64,000 nucleotides of DNA, taken from the NCBI RefSeq assembly GCF_003018235.1, contig NZ_CP027437.1, one strand, 5' to 3'. Under the pieces are notes generated by a model. It saw nothing but the letters and a program-made list of their open reading frames with translations, did no database searches and had not been told where the DNA came from. Position 1 is the first letter of the stretch. Each line of letters starts with the position of its first letter. Of the stretch, positions 43,184 through 56,695 are shown piece by piece. Source of the DNA: Escherichia coli (lineage in GTDB: Bacteria; Pseudomonadota; Gammaproteobacteria; Enterobacterales; Enterobacteriaceae). A program made the position numbers and the translations under genes.

Positions 43184-45229
43184 ATGACAACAATGAATCC
43201 TTTCCTTGTGCAAAGCACACTGCCGTATCTGGCTCCCCATTTTGATCAAATTGCCAATCATCACTATCGCCCGGCATTCGATGAGGGAATGCAGCAAAAG
43301 CGGGCAGAAATTGCTGCCATCGCGCTTAACCCGCAAGCGCCTGATTTCAACAATACTATTCTGGCACTGGAACAAAGCGGAGAATTACTTACCCGCGTTA
43401 CCAGCGTCTTTTTTGCGATGACTGCGGCGCATACCAATGATGAATTACAGCGTCTTGATGAACAGTTTTCCGCTGAACTGGCGGAACTGGCTAATGATAT
43501 CTATCTGAACGGTGAATTATTCGCGCGGGTAGATGCTGTCTGGCAGCGCCGTGAATCTCTTGGGCTTGATAGTGAATCCATCCGCCTGGTGGAGGTGATT
43601 CATCAGCGTTTTGTCCTTGCCGGAGCCAAACTTGCGCAAGCTGATAAAGCAAAATTAAAAGTACTGAATACAGAAGCTGCGACCCTAACCAGCCAGTTTA
43701 ACCAGCGGTTACTGGCAGCAAATAAATCCGGCGGTCTGGTTGTGAACGATTTCGCGCAGCTGGCAGGAATGAGTGAGCAAGAGATTGCGCTGGCGGCAGG
43801 GGCGGCTCGCGAGAAAGGTCTGGATAACAAATGGCTGATTCCGTTGCTGAATACCACCCAGCAACCAGCGCTTGCTGAACTGCGCGATCGCGCGACGCGT
43901 GAAAAACTGTTCACTGCGGGCTGGACGCGAGCGGAAAAAAATGATGCCAATGATACCCGCGCTATCATTCAACGTCTGGTGGAGATCCGCGCGCAGCAGG
44001 CGAAACTGCTTGGTTTCCCTCATTATGCCGCATGGAAAATCGCCGATCAGATGGCAAAAACGCCAGAAGCAGCACTCAACTTTATGCGGGAAATTGTTCC
44101 AGCGGCGCGTCAACGTGCGAGCGATGAATTAGCCTCCATACAGGCGGTTATCGATAAGCAGCAGGGCGGGTTTAGCGCGCAGCCGTGGGACTGGGCATTT
44201 TATGCCGAGCAGGTAAGACGTGAGAAATTCGATCTCGATGAATCGCAGCTCAAGCTATATTTTGAATTAAACACGGTGTTGAATGAAGGTGTATTCTGGA
44301 CCGCGAATCAGCTCTTCGGTATTAAGTTTGTCGAACGTTTTGATATTCCTGTCTACCATCCTGACGTTCGTGTGTGGGAAATTTTTGATCATAATGGCGT
44401 GGGGCTGGCGTTATTTTACGGTGATTTCTTCGCCCGTGATTCAAAAAGCGGCGGTGCATGGATGGGCAATTTTGTTGAGCAATCATCGCTTAATGAAACG
44501 CATCCGGTAATTTATAACGTCTGCAATTATCAGAAACCCGCTGCCGGTGAGCCTGCGTTGTTACTCTGGGATGATGTCATAACCTTATTCCATGAATTTG
44601 GTCATACGTTGCACGGCCTCTTTGCCCGCCAGCGTTATGCCACACTTTCCGGCACCAACACGCCGCGTGATTTTGTCGAATTTCCGTCGCAAATCAACGA
44701 ACACTGGGCAACGCATCCGCAGGTATTCGCTCGCTACGCCCGGCATTATCAGAGCGGGGCAGCAATGCCTGACGAACTGCAACAGAAAATGCGTAATGCC
44801 AGCTTGTTCAACAAAGGGTATGAGATGAGCGAACTGCTTAGCGCCGCACTTCTCGATATGCGCTGGCATTGCCTGGAAGAAAACGAAGCAATGCAGGATG
44901 TCGATGATTTCGAATTGCGGGCGCTGGTGGCGGAAAATATGGATCTTCCCGCTATACCGCCACGCTATCGCAGCAGTTATTTCGCCCATATTTTTGGTGG
45001 CGGATATGCCGCAGGTTATTACGCTTATCTGTGGACACAAATGTTGGCCGATGATGGTTACCAGTGGTTTGTTGAGCAGGGCAGATTAACGCGTGAAAAT
45101 GGGCTGCGTTTTCGCGAGGCGATCCTTTCCAGAGGTAACAGCGAGGATCTGGAACGCCTGTATCGACAATGGCGCGGTAAGGCACCTCAGATTATGCCGA
45201 TGCTGCAACATCGTGGCTTGAACGTATAA
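43184..45229 (+). CDS. dcp: Peptidyl-dipeptidase Dcp (M3 metallopeptidase)
   Basis: 681 aa with HEFGH zinc-binding motif; SD caggag. Confidence 0.92.
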   Translation: MTTMNPFLVQSTLPYLAPHFDQIANHHYRPAFDEGMQQKRAEIAAIALNPQAPDFNNTILALEQSGELLTRVTSVFFAMTAAHTNDELQRLDEQFSAELAELANDIYLNGELFARVDAVWQRRESLGLDSESIRLVEVIHQRFVLAGAKLAQADKAKLKVLNTEAATLTSQFNQRLLAANKSGGLVVNDFAQLAGMSEQEIALAAGAAREKGLDNKWLIPLLNTTQQPALAELRDRATREKLFTAGWTRAEKNDANDTRAIIQRLVEIRAQQAKLLGFPHYAAWKIADQMAKTPEAALNFMREIVPAARQRASDELASIQAVIDKQQGGFSAQPWDWAFYAEQVRREKFDLDESQLKLYFELNTVLNEGVFWTANQLFGIKFVERFDIPVYHPDVRVWEIFDHNGVGLALFYGDFFARDSKSGGAWMGNFVEQSSLNETHPVIYNVCNYQKPAAGEPALLLWDDVITLFHEFGHTLHGLFARQRYATLSGTNTPRDFVEFPSQINEHWATHPQVFARYARHYQSGAAMPDELQQKMRNASLFNKGYEMSELLSAALLDMRWHCLEENEAMQDVDDFELRALVAENMDLPAIPPRYRSSYFAHIFGGGYAAGYYAYLWTQMLADDGYQWFVEQGRLTRENGLRFREAILSRGNSEDLERLYRQWRGKAPQIMPMLQHRGLNV

Positions 45230-45593
45230 ACACCACCAATGGCTGGCCTGGATTTATCGCCAGACCAGCCTCGTTATAGCAGTAATTGCAGCAGCTGGGT
45301 GAGGGCAAACTTCACCGCTAATGCGAATGCCGTTTCGCAGTCGCCAGCAAAATTACTTTTTTTGTATACCCTTCCGTTATAATAATTTTCAAATTTATAA
45401 ATCTGATTGTTCTGAAATATGTTTAAGACTCTTTAATCTTCTTCTTACTTTAGTGAGTAAAATTCTCTGAATATTTGACAGCTAGTTGCCTGATTTTAAA
45501 TGCCTTATAACAATTGGCAGTATTCTTATTTGTCAATTATAAAAATAGCAACCAGACTTAATAAGTCAAACCAAACGCAATTAAGGAGTCAGT

Positions 45594-45986
45594 ATGAAAT
45601 TTCAGGCCATTGTATTAGCAAGTTTTCTTGTCATGCCTTATGCGTTGGCAGATGACCAGGGCGGATTAAAACAGGATGCAGCGCCACCGCCGCCTCATGC
45701 AATAGAAGATGGCTATCGCGGAACCGATGATGCAAAAAAAATGACCGTTGATTTCGCAAAAACCATGCACGATGGCGCTTCGGTTTCACTGCGCGGTAAT
45801 TTGATTTCTCACAAAGGAGAAGACCGTTACGTTTTTCGCGATAAGAGCGGTGAAATTAATGTTGTTATTCCTGCGGCAGTCTTTGATGGACGAGAAGTTC
45901 AGCCGGACCAGATGATCAACATTAGCGGAAGTCTGGATAAGAAAAGCGCTCCGGCCGTCGTTCGGGTCACTCATTTGCAGAAATAA
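45594..45986 (+). CDS. ydeI: Periplasmic BOF/YgiW-family OB-fold protein
   Basis: 130 aa with signal peptide [19 protein letters not shown]. Confidence 0.75.
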
Positions 45987-46240
45987 AAATAAATTAGCCT
46001 GATGGCCTGAACTACTGGGCCATTAGGGTATTGGGTTATGCTATTTGTCATCCTTTTAATTGCGATAATGCAGGCTTAATTTACAGAATTAAACACTTTT
46101 TTATCTGCTGATTTTGTTTCAAATCACAATGTTATCTCAGAGATGACTCATAACTTAGGATTTCTATGAAAATATTGACGTAATTTTGCTTTTCTCTCGT
46201 TAGAATAGCGCGCACAAGGAACTGTGAAAAAGGAGTGGCA

Positions 46241-47131
46241 ATGATCAAGAAGACAACGGAAATTGATGCCATCTTGTTAAATCTCAATAAGGCTATCGAT
46301 GCCCACTACCAGTGGCTGGTAAGTATGTTTCGCAGCGTAGTCGCGAGAGATGCCAGTAAGCCAGAAATAACGGATAACCATTCTTATGGACTGTGCCAGT
46401 TTGGTCGGTGGATTGATCATCTGGGACCACTCGATAATGATGAATTACCTTATGTTCGGCTAATGGATTCTGCCCATCAACATATGCATAACTGTGGTCG
46501 GGAATTAATGCTGGCTATTGTTGAAAATCACTGGCAGGACGCGCATTTCGACGCCTTTCAGGAGGGGTTGCTTTCTTTTACTGCGGCATTAACCGATTAC
46601 AAAATTTATTTGCTGACGATCCGTAGCAATATGGATGTTTTGACGGGATTGCCGGGTCGTCGGGTTCTTGATGAATCCTTTGATCATCAGTTACGCAACG
46701 CTGAGCCTCTGAATCTTTATTTAATGTTGTTGGATATTGACCGATTTAAATTGGTTAATGATACCTACGGGCATTTAATCGGCGATGTAGTATTACGCAC
46801 CCTGGCAACTTACTTAGCCAGTTGGACGCGCGATTACGAAACGGTTTATCGCTACGGTGGCGAAGAATTTATCATTATTGTCAAAGCGGCTAATGATGAA
46901 GAAGCATGTCGTGCAGGTATCAGAATTTGCCAGTTAGTCGATAACCATGCCATCACACATTCTGAAGGGCATATCAACATTACCGTGACAGCAGGTGTGA
47001 GTCGCGCATTTCCTGAAGAGCCTCTGGATGTGGTCATTGGAAGAGCGGACCGGGCAATGTATGAGGGTAAGCAAACCGGAAGAAATCGCTGTATGTTTAT
47101 TGACGAACAAAACGTGATTAACCGAGTTTAA
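46241..47131 (+). CDS. dgcZ: Zinc-sensing diguanylate cyclase DgcZ (YdeH)
   Basis: N-terminal zinc-binding domain then GGEEF active site (RYGGEEF); 296 aa. Confidence 0.9.
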   Translation: MIKKTTEIDAILLNLNKAIDAHYQWLVSMFRSVVARDASKPEITDNHSYGLCQFGRWIDHLGPLDNDELPYVRLMDSAHQHMHNCGRELMLAIVENHWQDAHFDAFQEGLLSFTAALTDYKIYLLTIRSNMDVLTGLPGRRVLDESFDHQLRNAEPLNLYLMLLDIDRFKLVNDTYGHLIGDVVLRTLATYLASWTRDYETVYRYGGEEFIIIVKAANDEEACRAGIRICQLVDNHAITHSEGHINITVTAGVSRAFPEEPLDVVIGRADRAMYEGKQTGRNRCMFIDEQNVINRV

Positions 47132-47142
47132 GCTCCGTTTAA
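47126..47142 (+). promoter_or_regulatory. PhoP box (direct repeat GTTTAA-N5-GTTTAA) upstream of MgrR
   Basis: Perfect hexamer direct repeat with 5-nt spacer, overlapping the dgcZ stop codon. Confidence 0.6.
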
Positions 47143-47176
47143 CATTCATTGAGAAAACTGATGCTACTGTGTCAAC

Positions 47177-47274
47177 GATCCGTTATCAGTGCAGGAAAAT
47201 GCCTGTTAGCGTAAAAGCAAAACACAAATCTATCCATGCAAGCATTCACCGCCGGTTTACTGGCGGTTTTTTTT
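47177..47274 (+). ncRNA. mgrR: Putative PhoP-activated Hfq-binding sRNA MgrR (5' end approximate)
   Basis: PhoP box upstream; intrinsic terminator accgcc-ggtttact-ggcggt followed by tttttttt at 47247-47274; between dgcZ and mgtS. Confidence 0.45.
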
Positions 47275-47349
47275 CGCCGTCATAAAAATCAGGCCCCTTG
47301 TACACAGTTGTAACAAGGGGCCGGTTAGGTGAGGGATTATCTCCGTTCA

Positions 47350-47445
47350 TTAGTCATCCCATTTGTGGCTGAAATACGCGGCCAGAAAACCAGAAAATAA
47401 AATTATTCCCAGTACGGCCATAAAAACATTCATATTACCCAGCAT
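47350..47445 (-). CDS. mgtS: Small membrane protein MgtS (YneM), 31 aa
   Basis: MLGNMNVFMAVLGIILFSGFLAAYFSHKWDD; SD ggagg 7 nt upstream; hairpin terminator at 47281-47322. Confidence 0.8.
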   Translation of the reverse strand: MLGNMNVFMAVLGIILFSGFLAAYFSHKWDD

Positions 47446-47571
47446 TATTTGCCTCCGTTTATGGTGTGGTGTGTTTCCTCGCTTACCTTAATTTTCATCT
47501 CAATGAGAAAGATATTAGCAGAGGTAACCTAAACGAAGGCTGAATTAAATTTTTATTGTGTTCGACTTAAA

Positions 47572-48759
47572 TCAACAAAGCGCGGGCTGCCCCCACGGTC
47601 TTGCACGAATTCCTTTTAACATCAGCACCCACGCAGCAACGATCACCAACGCTAAGATGATAAACAGCGAGAAAGGCGGCAGACTGGTAAGTACTATGCC
47701 ACTCACTAATGGGTTAATCGCCGCACCAAGCCAGCCTAAAGACTGGGCGGAAAAATAGCTGGCTTTCATTCCTGGCGGTGCAATATGGTCAATCAACATA
47801 TACTCGCCCGGCGCATAAATGATTTCACCGACAGTAAATACCGCAGCTGACATACCCCACAATAGCAGGCTGTTGCCGGAAAAAATAAAACCAACCAGAC
47901 CGATGACGAAACAGAGGGTGCCTGCTGTCATCAGCGCGCGGATGTTAGCCGGGTTAAGGCGGCGGCCCACGGAATATTGCAACGTAACCACCATGGCAGC
48001 ATTCACCGGAAGAACAACCGCGACCACCTTTTCGGCAAAATCCCCATCAGCAATCACCATCACATATTGTGAAATGCACGAGGCAAATGCGCCGCTAACA
48101 AAGGAAGCCAGAAAACCAGAGCAGGTAAACCACAACAGTGCTTTATCTTGTAATAAAACTTTCGGCGACCAGGCACTGCCTGTTTCCGTGGCGATGATTT
48201 TCTCGCTGCGCTTTACCCAAATTTGAATGAAAAGCATGGGAAACGCGGAACAGATAGCTGCCAGCCAGAAGGGCAGATTGATGCTCTGCATCACCAACAA
48301 CGTGCCGAGCGGCGGACCGATGGTCCAGCCAATGTTTAGCATGGTGTAGTTGATTGAGAAGATTTTCGTTTTGCTGGTGGACGAAAGATTGTCGGCAAAC
48401 CAGGCTTTCAACACGGTAGCAAAAACGGAATAGGCGCAGTTAATGAGGGCAAAAAAGAGCACCACCAGCGTCACGTTATTCACTAAAGGAATGGCAATAA
48501 AACCGCTGGCGAAGGCGGTAATTGCCAGTAACATATAGCGTTTCTTGTCGAACTTATCCGCCAGGATACCAAAACCGAGGCTAAAAACGACGCCAATAGT
48601 GAGCGCAATTGTCATCGCATAACCGATTAGATCGACACTCAGGTTGTACTGGCGACTCAAGTAAATGGTCATAAACGGCAGCGTAGCGCCGCGTCCGATG
48701 GTTAATAACAACGACGAGGCAAGAAGGGCGCTGGTAGAGCGTCGGAGGGATAAGTTCAT
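47572..48759 (-). CDS. ydeE: MFS transporter YdeE
   Basis: 395 aa, about 12 transmembrane segments. Confidence 0.85.
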   Translation of the reverse strand: MNLSLRRSTSALLASSLLLTIGRGATLPFMTIYLSRQYNLSVDLIGYAMTIALTIGVVFSLGFGILADKFDKKRYMLLAITAFASGFIAIPLVNNVTLVVLFFALINCAYSVFATVLKAWFADNLSSTSKTKIFSINYTMLNIGWTIGPPLGTLLVMQSINLPFWLAAICSAFPMLFIQIWVKRSEKIIATETGSAWSPKVLLQDKALLWFTCSGFLASFVSGAFASCISQYVMVIADGDFAEKVVAVVLPVNAAMVVTLQYSVGRRLNPANIRALMTAGTLCFVIGLVGFIFSGNSLLLWGMSAAVFTVGEIIYAPGEYMLIDHIAPPGMKASYFSAQSLGWLGAAINPLVSGIVLTSLPPFSLFIILALVIVAAWVLMLKGIRARPWGQPALC

Positions 48760-48953
48760 TTGTCTGTCCGGCAGTGCGTTTCGTTATGTTTTGTTTTAGA
48801 GATGTAAAGAAATAGCATGGCAAAAATCCGAAGTATAGCGACTTATTTGCGCATTAATGCCGTCGTAATCGGCGACTAACGAATCAACTGTTAAAGAAAA
48901 GTAAATTCAGCTAAGTTGATTGCTTACAAAAGATGAAATTCAGAGGCGGTAGA

Positions 48954-49853
48954 ATGTCGCGAAAAGATGGGGTGTTGGCGCTACTGGTAGTGGTCGTATG
49001 GGGGCTGAATTTTGTGGTCATCAAAGTGGGGCTTCATAACATGCCACCGCTGATGCTGGCCGGTTTGCGCTTTATGCTGGTCGCTTTTCCGGCCATCTTT
49101 TTTGTCGCACGACCGAAAGTACCACTGAATTTGTTGCTGGGGTATGGATTAACCATCAGTTTTGCGCAGTTTGCTTTTCTTTTTTGTGCCATTAACTTCG
49201 GTATGCCTGCTGGACTGGCTTCGCTGGTGTTACAGGCACAGGCGTTTTTTACTATCGTACTTGGCGCATTTACTTTCGGTGAGCGGCTGCATGGCAAACA
49301 ATTGGCGGGGATTGCCTTAGCGATTTTTGGCGTACTGGTGTTAATCGAAGATAGTCTGAACGGTCAGCATGTGGCGATGCTCGGCTTTATGTTGACCCTG
49401 GCGGCAGCATTTAGTTGGGCGTGTGGCAACATCTTCAATAAAAAGATCATGTCGCACTCAACGCGCCCGGCGGTGATGTCGCTGGTAATCTGGAGCGCAT
49501 TAATCCCAATCATTCCCTTCTTTGTTGCCTCGCTGATTCTCGATGGTTCCGCAACCATGATTCACAGTCTGGTCACTATCGATATGACCACCATCTTGTC
49601 TCTGATGTATCTGGCGTTTGTGGCGACAATTGTTGGTTATGGGATCTGGGGGACGTTACTGGGACGCTATGAAACCTGGCGGGTTGCACCGTTATCGTTA
49701 CTGGTGCCCGTAGTAGGACTGGCAAGTGCGGCACTATTGTTGGATGAACGCTTAACGGGTCTACAATTTTTCGGTGCGGTGCTCATTATGACCGGGCTGT
49801 ATATCAATGTATTTGGCTTGCGGTGGCGTAAAGCGGTAAAGGTTAGAGGCTAA
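48954..49853 (+). CDS. eamA: Cysteine/O-acetylserine exporter EamA (YdeD), DMT superfamily
   Basis: 299 aa, 10-TM DMT fold; SD gaggcgg. Confidence 0.9.
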   Translation: MSRKDGVLALLVVVVWGLNFVVIKVGLHNMPPLMLAGLRFMLVAFPAIFFVARPKVPLNLLLGYGLTISFAQFAFLFCAINFGMPAGLASLVLQAQAFFTIVLGAFTFGERLHGKQLAGIALAIFGVLVLIEDSLNGQHVAMLGFMLTLAAAFSWACGNIFNKKIMSHSTRPAVMSLVIWSALIPIIPFFVASLILDGSATMIHSLVTIDMTTILSLMYLAFVATIVGYGIWGTLLGRYETWRVAPLSLLVPVVGLASAALLLDERLTGLQFFGAVLIMTGLYINVFGLRWRKAVKVRG

Positions 49854-49856
49854 ACC

Positions 49857-49900
49857 ATACGCACAGAATGTGATGCCAGCACTCTGTGCGTATGCTTTTA
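49857..49900. terminator. Bidirectional hairpin terminator between eamA and the PTS-islet regulator
   Basis: 12-bp stem catacgcacaga / tctgtgcgtatg followed by cttttat. Confidence 0.55.
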
Positions 49901-50596
49901 TCGCGGGAAAAAGTACTTTACCTGGAACTCGAAAATATTGCTGTAAAGTAACGAATAATCCAGCGGAATAGAGTTACTGTCCACAGCCTGGGTCTGAATT
50001 TTAAGTATGGGATCCCGTGGGCTGATCCGTAAAATACTGGCGATTTCTGGGGTAGGAAAAGTAGGGGAGAAAGTTTCAAAGGTGCCAATGATTTTGATCC
50101 CGCATTCGTTCTCAATATACGAAAATTTGGATTTTTGCATATGTGCTACGGTTAAATCAGGAAAACGTGCCACTGACATCCACGTTTCTTCTAATTGTGC
50201 TGCATTATCCTCAATGAATCGCAGTCTCTTTATGTAATAAACCTGCTCACCAGTCACTAAATTCAGCTCAGTCGCAATAGGGGGAGAAGCATCCTGCACT
50301 TCAAATTTCATAATCTGACTTCCTGCCTCCTTGCCGCTTTTATGCGCAATTTCACTGAAGCTGTTCATGTGATCAATGTGTGCAACAAAATTCTTTTTTT
50401 GAATATATGTTCCTGAACCATGCTTTCTATGAATAATTCCTTCGCCTTCCAGCAAGGATAATGCCTTACGCAGGGTATTACGCGAAACATTATAACGAAC
50501 AGCGAGTTCAGCTTCTGACGGCAACAAATCACCAACATGCCATGAATAGCCATTGATCTCGGATTTAAGTAAGCGGGCAATCTTTTGAAAAATCAC
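49898..50596 (-). CDS. GntR/HutC-family transcriptional regulator (probable repressor of the adjacent PTS operon)
   Basis: N-terminal winged HTH, C-terminal UTRA-like domain; GTG start with SD aaggtg; divergent from the PTS operon. Confidence 0.8.
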   Translation of the reverse strand: MIFQKIARLLKSEINGYSWHVGDLLPSEAELAVRYNVSRNTLRKALSLLEGEGIIHRKHGSGTYIQKKNFVAHIDHMNSFSEIAHKSGKEAGSQIMKFEVQDASPPIATELNLVTGEQVYYIKRLRFIEDNAAQLEETWMSVARFPDLTVAHMQKSKFSYIENECGIKIIGTFETFSPTFPTPEIASILRISPRDPILKIQTQAVDSNSIPLDYSLLYSNIFEFQVKYFFPR

Positions 50597-50794
50597 TTTT
50601 GCACCTTTTAAGAGCCATTGAAAACAAGGAGTTGAGTCCTGATTGGTTTATCGTATGGCCGAGTCGTTTAATTATTACCCTGATGTTGAACAACTTTATT
50701 GCTGTATTACTGTGATCAATGTACCAGGACGTATAGCTACTGCGGGATATGATATTTACACAATGTAATCTGTTATATACCAGTAAGGGAAAAT

Positions 50795-51106
50795 ATGAAA
50801 AAGATATTGTTAGTTTGCGCTGCGGGCATGTCAACCAGTATGCTGGTTAAACGTATGATTGATCATGCTAACGCTATTTCACTTGAAGTTAATATTTCCG
50901 CATTGGCGATTGCAGAGGCTAAAGGGAAAATTAAAAATAACGAAGTTGACGTTGTTTTACTTGGCCCGCAAGTTCGCTTTCAGAAACCAGAGATTGAAGC
51001 TGTTGCACAGGGGAAAATGCCTGTAGCTGTTATCGAGATGAAAGACTATGGCACCATGAACGGACAGGCAGTTCTTGAATTTGCGATGAAACTACTGCAA
51101 GAGTAA
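50795..51106 (+). CDS. PTS lactose/cellobiose-family EIIB
   Basis: MKKILLVCAAGMSTSMLV with phospho-acceptor Cys, 103 aa. Confidence 0.85.
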   Translation: MKKILLVCAAGMSTSMLVKRMIDHANAISLEVNISALAIAEAKGKIKNNEVDVVLLGPQVRFQKPEIEAVAQGKMPVAVIEMKDYGTMNGQAVLEFAMKLLQE

Positions 51107-51220
51107 GAATCTAATATTATTAAACTATTACCTGAACTAACTTTTCACACATCATAAAATGGATATGGCATACATGCTTTATTGGGATGTATAAATATCC
51201 AGAACAACACGTATAAAAAA

Positions 51221-52543
51221 ATGAGATTAATGACCTCATTCGAACGTGGAATGGAACGTTTTCTTGTTCCAGTTGCTATCAAGTTAAACTCACAAAAACA
51301 TGTTGCAGCGGTGAGAGATGGATTCGTTTTTACGTTTCCAATTATCATGGCAAGCTCATTAATTATATTAATAAACTTTGCCATATTATCGCCAGACGGC
51401 TTTATTGCCGGACTGCTGCATCTGAACAGCGTTTTTCCCAACCTTGAAAAAGCACAAGCTATTTTTACTCCGGTAATGAATGGCTCTGTAAATATCATGT
51501 CAATTATGATTGCTTTCCTGGTCGCCAGAAATATGGCGATTAGCTATGAGCAAGATGATCTTTTATGCGGATTAACGGCAATAGGCGCATTTTTTATTGT
51601 TTATACGCCATATCAGATGATAGATGGACAAGCATTCCTGACGACCAAATATCTCGGCGCACAGGGGTTGTTTGTTGCTGTTATCGTTGCATTAATCACC
51701 AGTGAAATATTTTGTCGCTTAGCTCGAAACCCAAAAATCACCATAACGATGCCGGCATCTGTACCTCCTGCGGTAGCGCGTTCATTTAAAGTTTTATTGC
51801 CAATATTTTTTGTCATGGTGTTCTTTTCCGCACTTAATTATTGCCTGACACTGATATCCCCGGCAGGATTAAACGATCTCATTTACACATTAATCCAGAC
51901 GCCGCTCAAACATATGGGAACGAATATCTTTGCGGTAATTATCCTGGGGGCTGTGGGTAATTTCCTGTGGGTGCTGGGGATCCACGGACCTAATACCACC
52001 TCGGCAATTCGAGAAACTGTTTTTTCTGAGGCTAATCTGGAGAATCTCTCCTGGGCCGCTCAACACGGCACTACCTGGGGCGCGCCATATCCGATTACCT
52101 GGACTTCTATTAATGATGCATTCGCCAACTGCGGCGGTTCAGGCATGACGTTGGGATTATTGTTGGCTATTTTCATCGCTTCTAAGCGTGCGGAATACCG
52201 TGATCTGGCAAAAATGTCATTTATCCCCGGTATTTTCAATATCAATGAACCGATAATGTTCGGCCTTCCTATTGTACTTAACCCCATCATGATGGTGCCG
52301 TTTATTCTGGTTCCCATTGTTAACTGTGCCATTGGTTACTGCTTTGTTTCGATGGAAATTATTCCACCGGTTGCTTATGCCGTGCCCTGGACTACGCCCG
52401 GACCTTTAATTGCTTTCCTCGGAACCGGGGGAAACTGGCTGGCGTTACTGGTGGGTTTTTTATGTTTAGGTGTGGCGACAATGATCTATTTACCTTTTGT
52501 TATTGCAGCCAACAAGGTCAATAACATGACAACTAACGGATAA
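51221..52543 (+). CDS. PTS lactose/cellobiose-family EIIC permease
   Basis: About 440 aa polytopic membrane protein resembling ChbC; start approximate. Confidence 0.85.
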   Translation: MRLMTSFERGMERFLVPVAIKLNSQKHVAAVRDGFVFTFPIIMASSLIILINFAILSPDGFIAGLLHLNSVFPNLEKAQAIFTPVMNGSVNIMSIMIAFLVARNMAISYEQDDLLCGLTAIGAFFIVYTPYQMIDGQAFLTTKYLGAQGLFVAVIVALITSEIFCRLARNPKITITMPASVPPAVARSFKVLLPIFFVMVFFSALNYCLTLISPAGLNDLIYTLIQTPLKHMGTNIFAVIILGAVGNFLWVLGIHGPNTTSAIRETVFSEANLENLSWAAQHGTTWGAPYPITWTSINDAFANCGGSGMTLGLLLAIFIASKRAEYRDLAKMSFIPGIFNINEPIMFGLPIVLNPIMMVPFILVPIVNCAIGYCFVSMEIIPPVAYAVPWTTPGPLIAFLGTGGNWLALLVGFLCLGVATMIYLPFVIAANKVNNMTTNG

Positions 52544-52570
52544 TCCCATTTACACAGGAAGGAGATGTTG

Positions 52571-52882
52571 ATGTTTGCAGATGAAGAACTTGTTATGGAG
52601 TTACTGATCAACGCGGGACAGGCACGTTCTGATGCGATGGAAGCCATACGTTGTGCCGGGCAAAAAGACTGGCAGGGCGCAACTCAGCTAATGGCCAGTT
52701 CGGAATTAGCCTGTCTTCAGGCACATAAGATTCAGACCGCGTTAATTAGTCAGGATGAAGGTTGTGGCAAAATAGTAGTTAATTTAATTCTGGTTCATGC
52801 ACAGGATCATTTGATGAATGCAATATTATGCCAGGATTTAGCCAGGGAAATTATTTCATTAAGAAAAGAGCTCCATGCCTGA
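52571..52882 (+). CDS. PTS lactose/cellobiose-family EIIA
   Basis: About 103 aa helical protein with conserved His, like ChbA; start chosen by SD spacing. Confidence 0.8.
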   Translation: MFADEELVMELLINAGQARSDAMEAIRCAGQKDWQGATQLMASSELACLQAHKIQTALISQDEGCGKIVVNLILVHAQDHLMNAILCQDLAREIISLRKELHA

Positions 52883-52934
52883 TTTTTTCCTCCAGTGCGA
52901 TAGCTGGAGGAAATTATTACACTCTTAAGGATAA

Positions 52935-55985
<3,051 letters not shown>

Positions 55986-56041
55986 GACTTCAGGAAGATA
56001 TTACGGAGATATCAGGCTCTGTGATCAGAGCCTGACAATAA

Positions 56042-56260
56042 CTACATAGCGTGTTGATTATAATAGGGCACGCCGAGCGCATCCGACTTATCACTGCCAG
56101 TACCCATGTGATTTAAATCAAACGGTGGTTGTTCCTGCGATGGGGGAACAACCACGACATTGGCACAGGAAGTAACAACCTGCTGCGTGGTTTGTTCCGC
56201 AATGCCCTGCGTGGAAAAGAGAATAAACGCAGCTGCTATTGCGGATAAAAGTGGTTTCAT
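56042..56260 (-). CDS. marB: Periplasmic protein MarB
   Basis: 72-aa MKPLLSAIAAAFILFSTQGIAEQ... Confidence 0.9.
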   Translation of the reverse strand: MKPLLSAIAAAFILFSTQGIAEQTTQQVVTSCANVVVVPPSQEQPPFDLNHMGTGSDKSDALGVPYYNQHAM

Positions 56261-56291
56261 GATTGCCTCAGTGACGTTGTCACGTTATCAA

Positions 56292-56675
56292 CTAGCTGTT
56301 GTAATGATTTAATGGATGTAAAAAGCGCGATTCGCCCTGCATATTGGTCATCCGGTATTTATGTGGCGGAACATCAAAGTAATTTTTGAAGGTTCGGGTC
56401 AGAGTTTGTTGCGACTCGAAGCCATATCGTTCTGCCAGATAGAGTATCGGCTCGTTACTTTCCTTCAGCTTTTGCGCGATTTCCGTCATCTTACGGCTGC
56501 GGATGTATTGGCCTAATGAATGACCGGTTTCTTTTTTAAACATCCGTTGCAGGTGCCATTTAGAGTAACCCGAACGCTCTGACACTTTCTCCAGTGACAG
56601 TGGCGATTCCAGGTTGTCCTCGATCCAGTCCAAAATGCTATGAATGGTAATAGCGTCAGTATTGCGTCTGGACAT
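56292..56675 (-). CDS. marA: AraC-family activator MarA (127 aa)
   Basis: [71 protein letters not shown]... Confidence 0.95.
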
Positions 56676-56695
56676 CGTCATACCTCTTTTATTGT

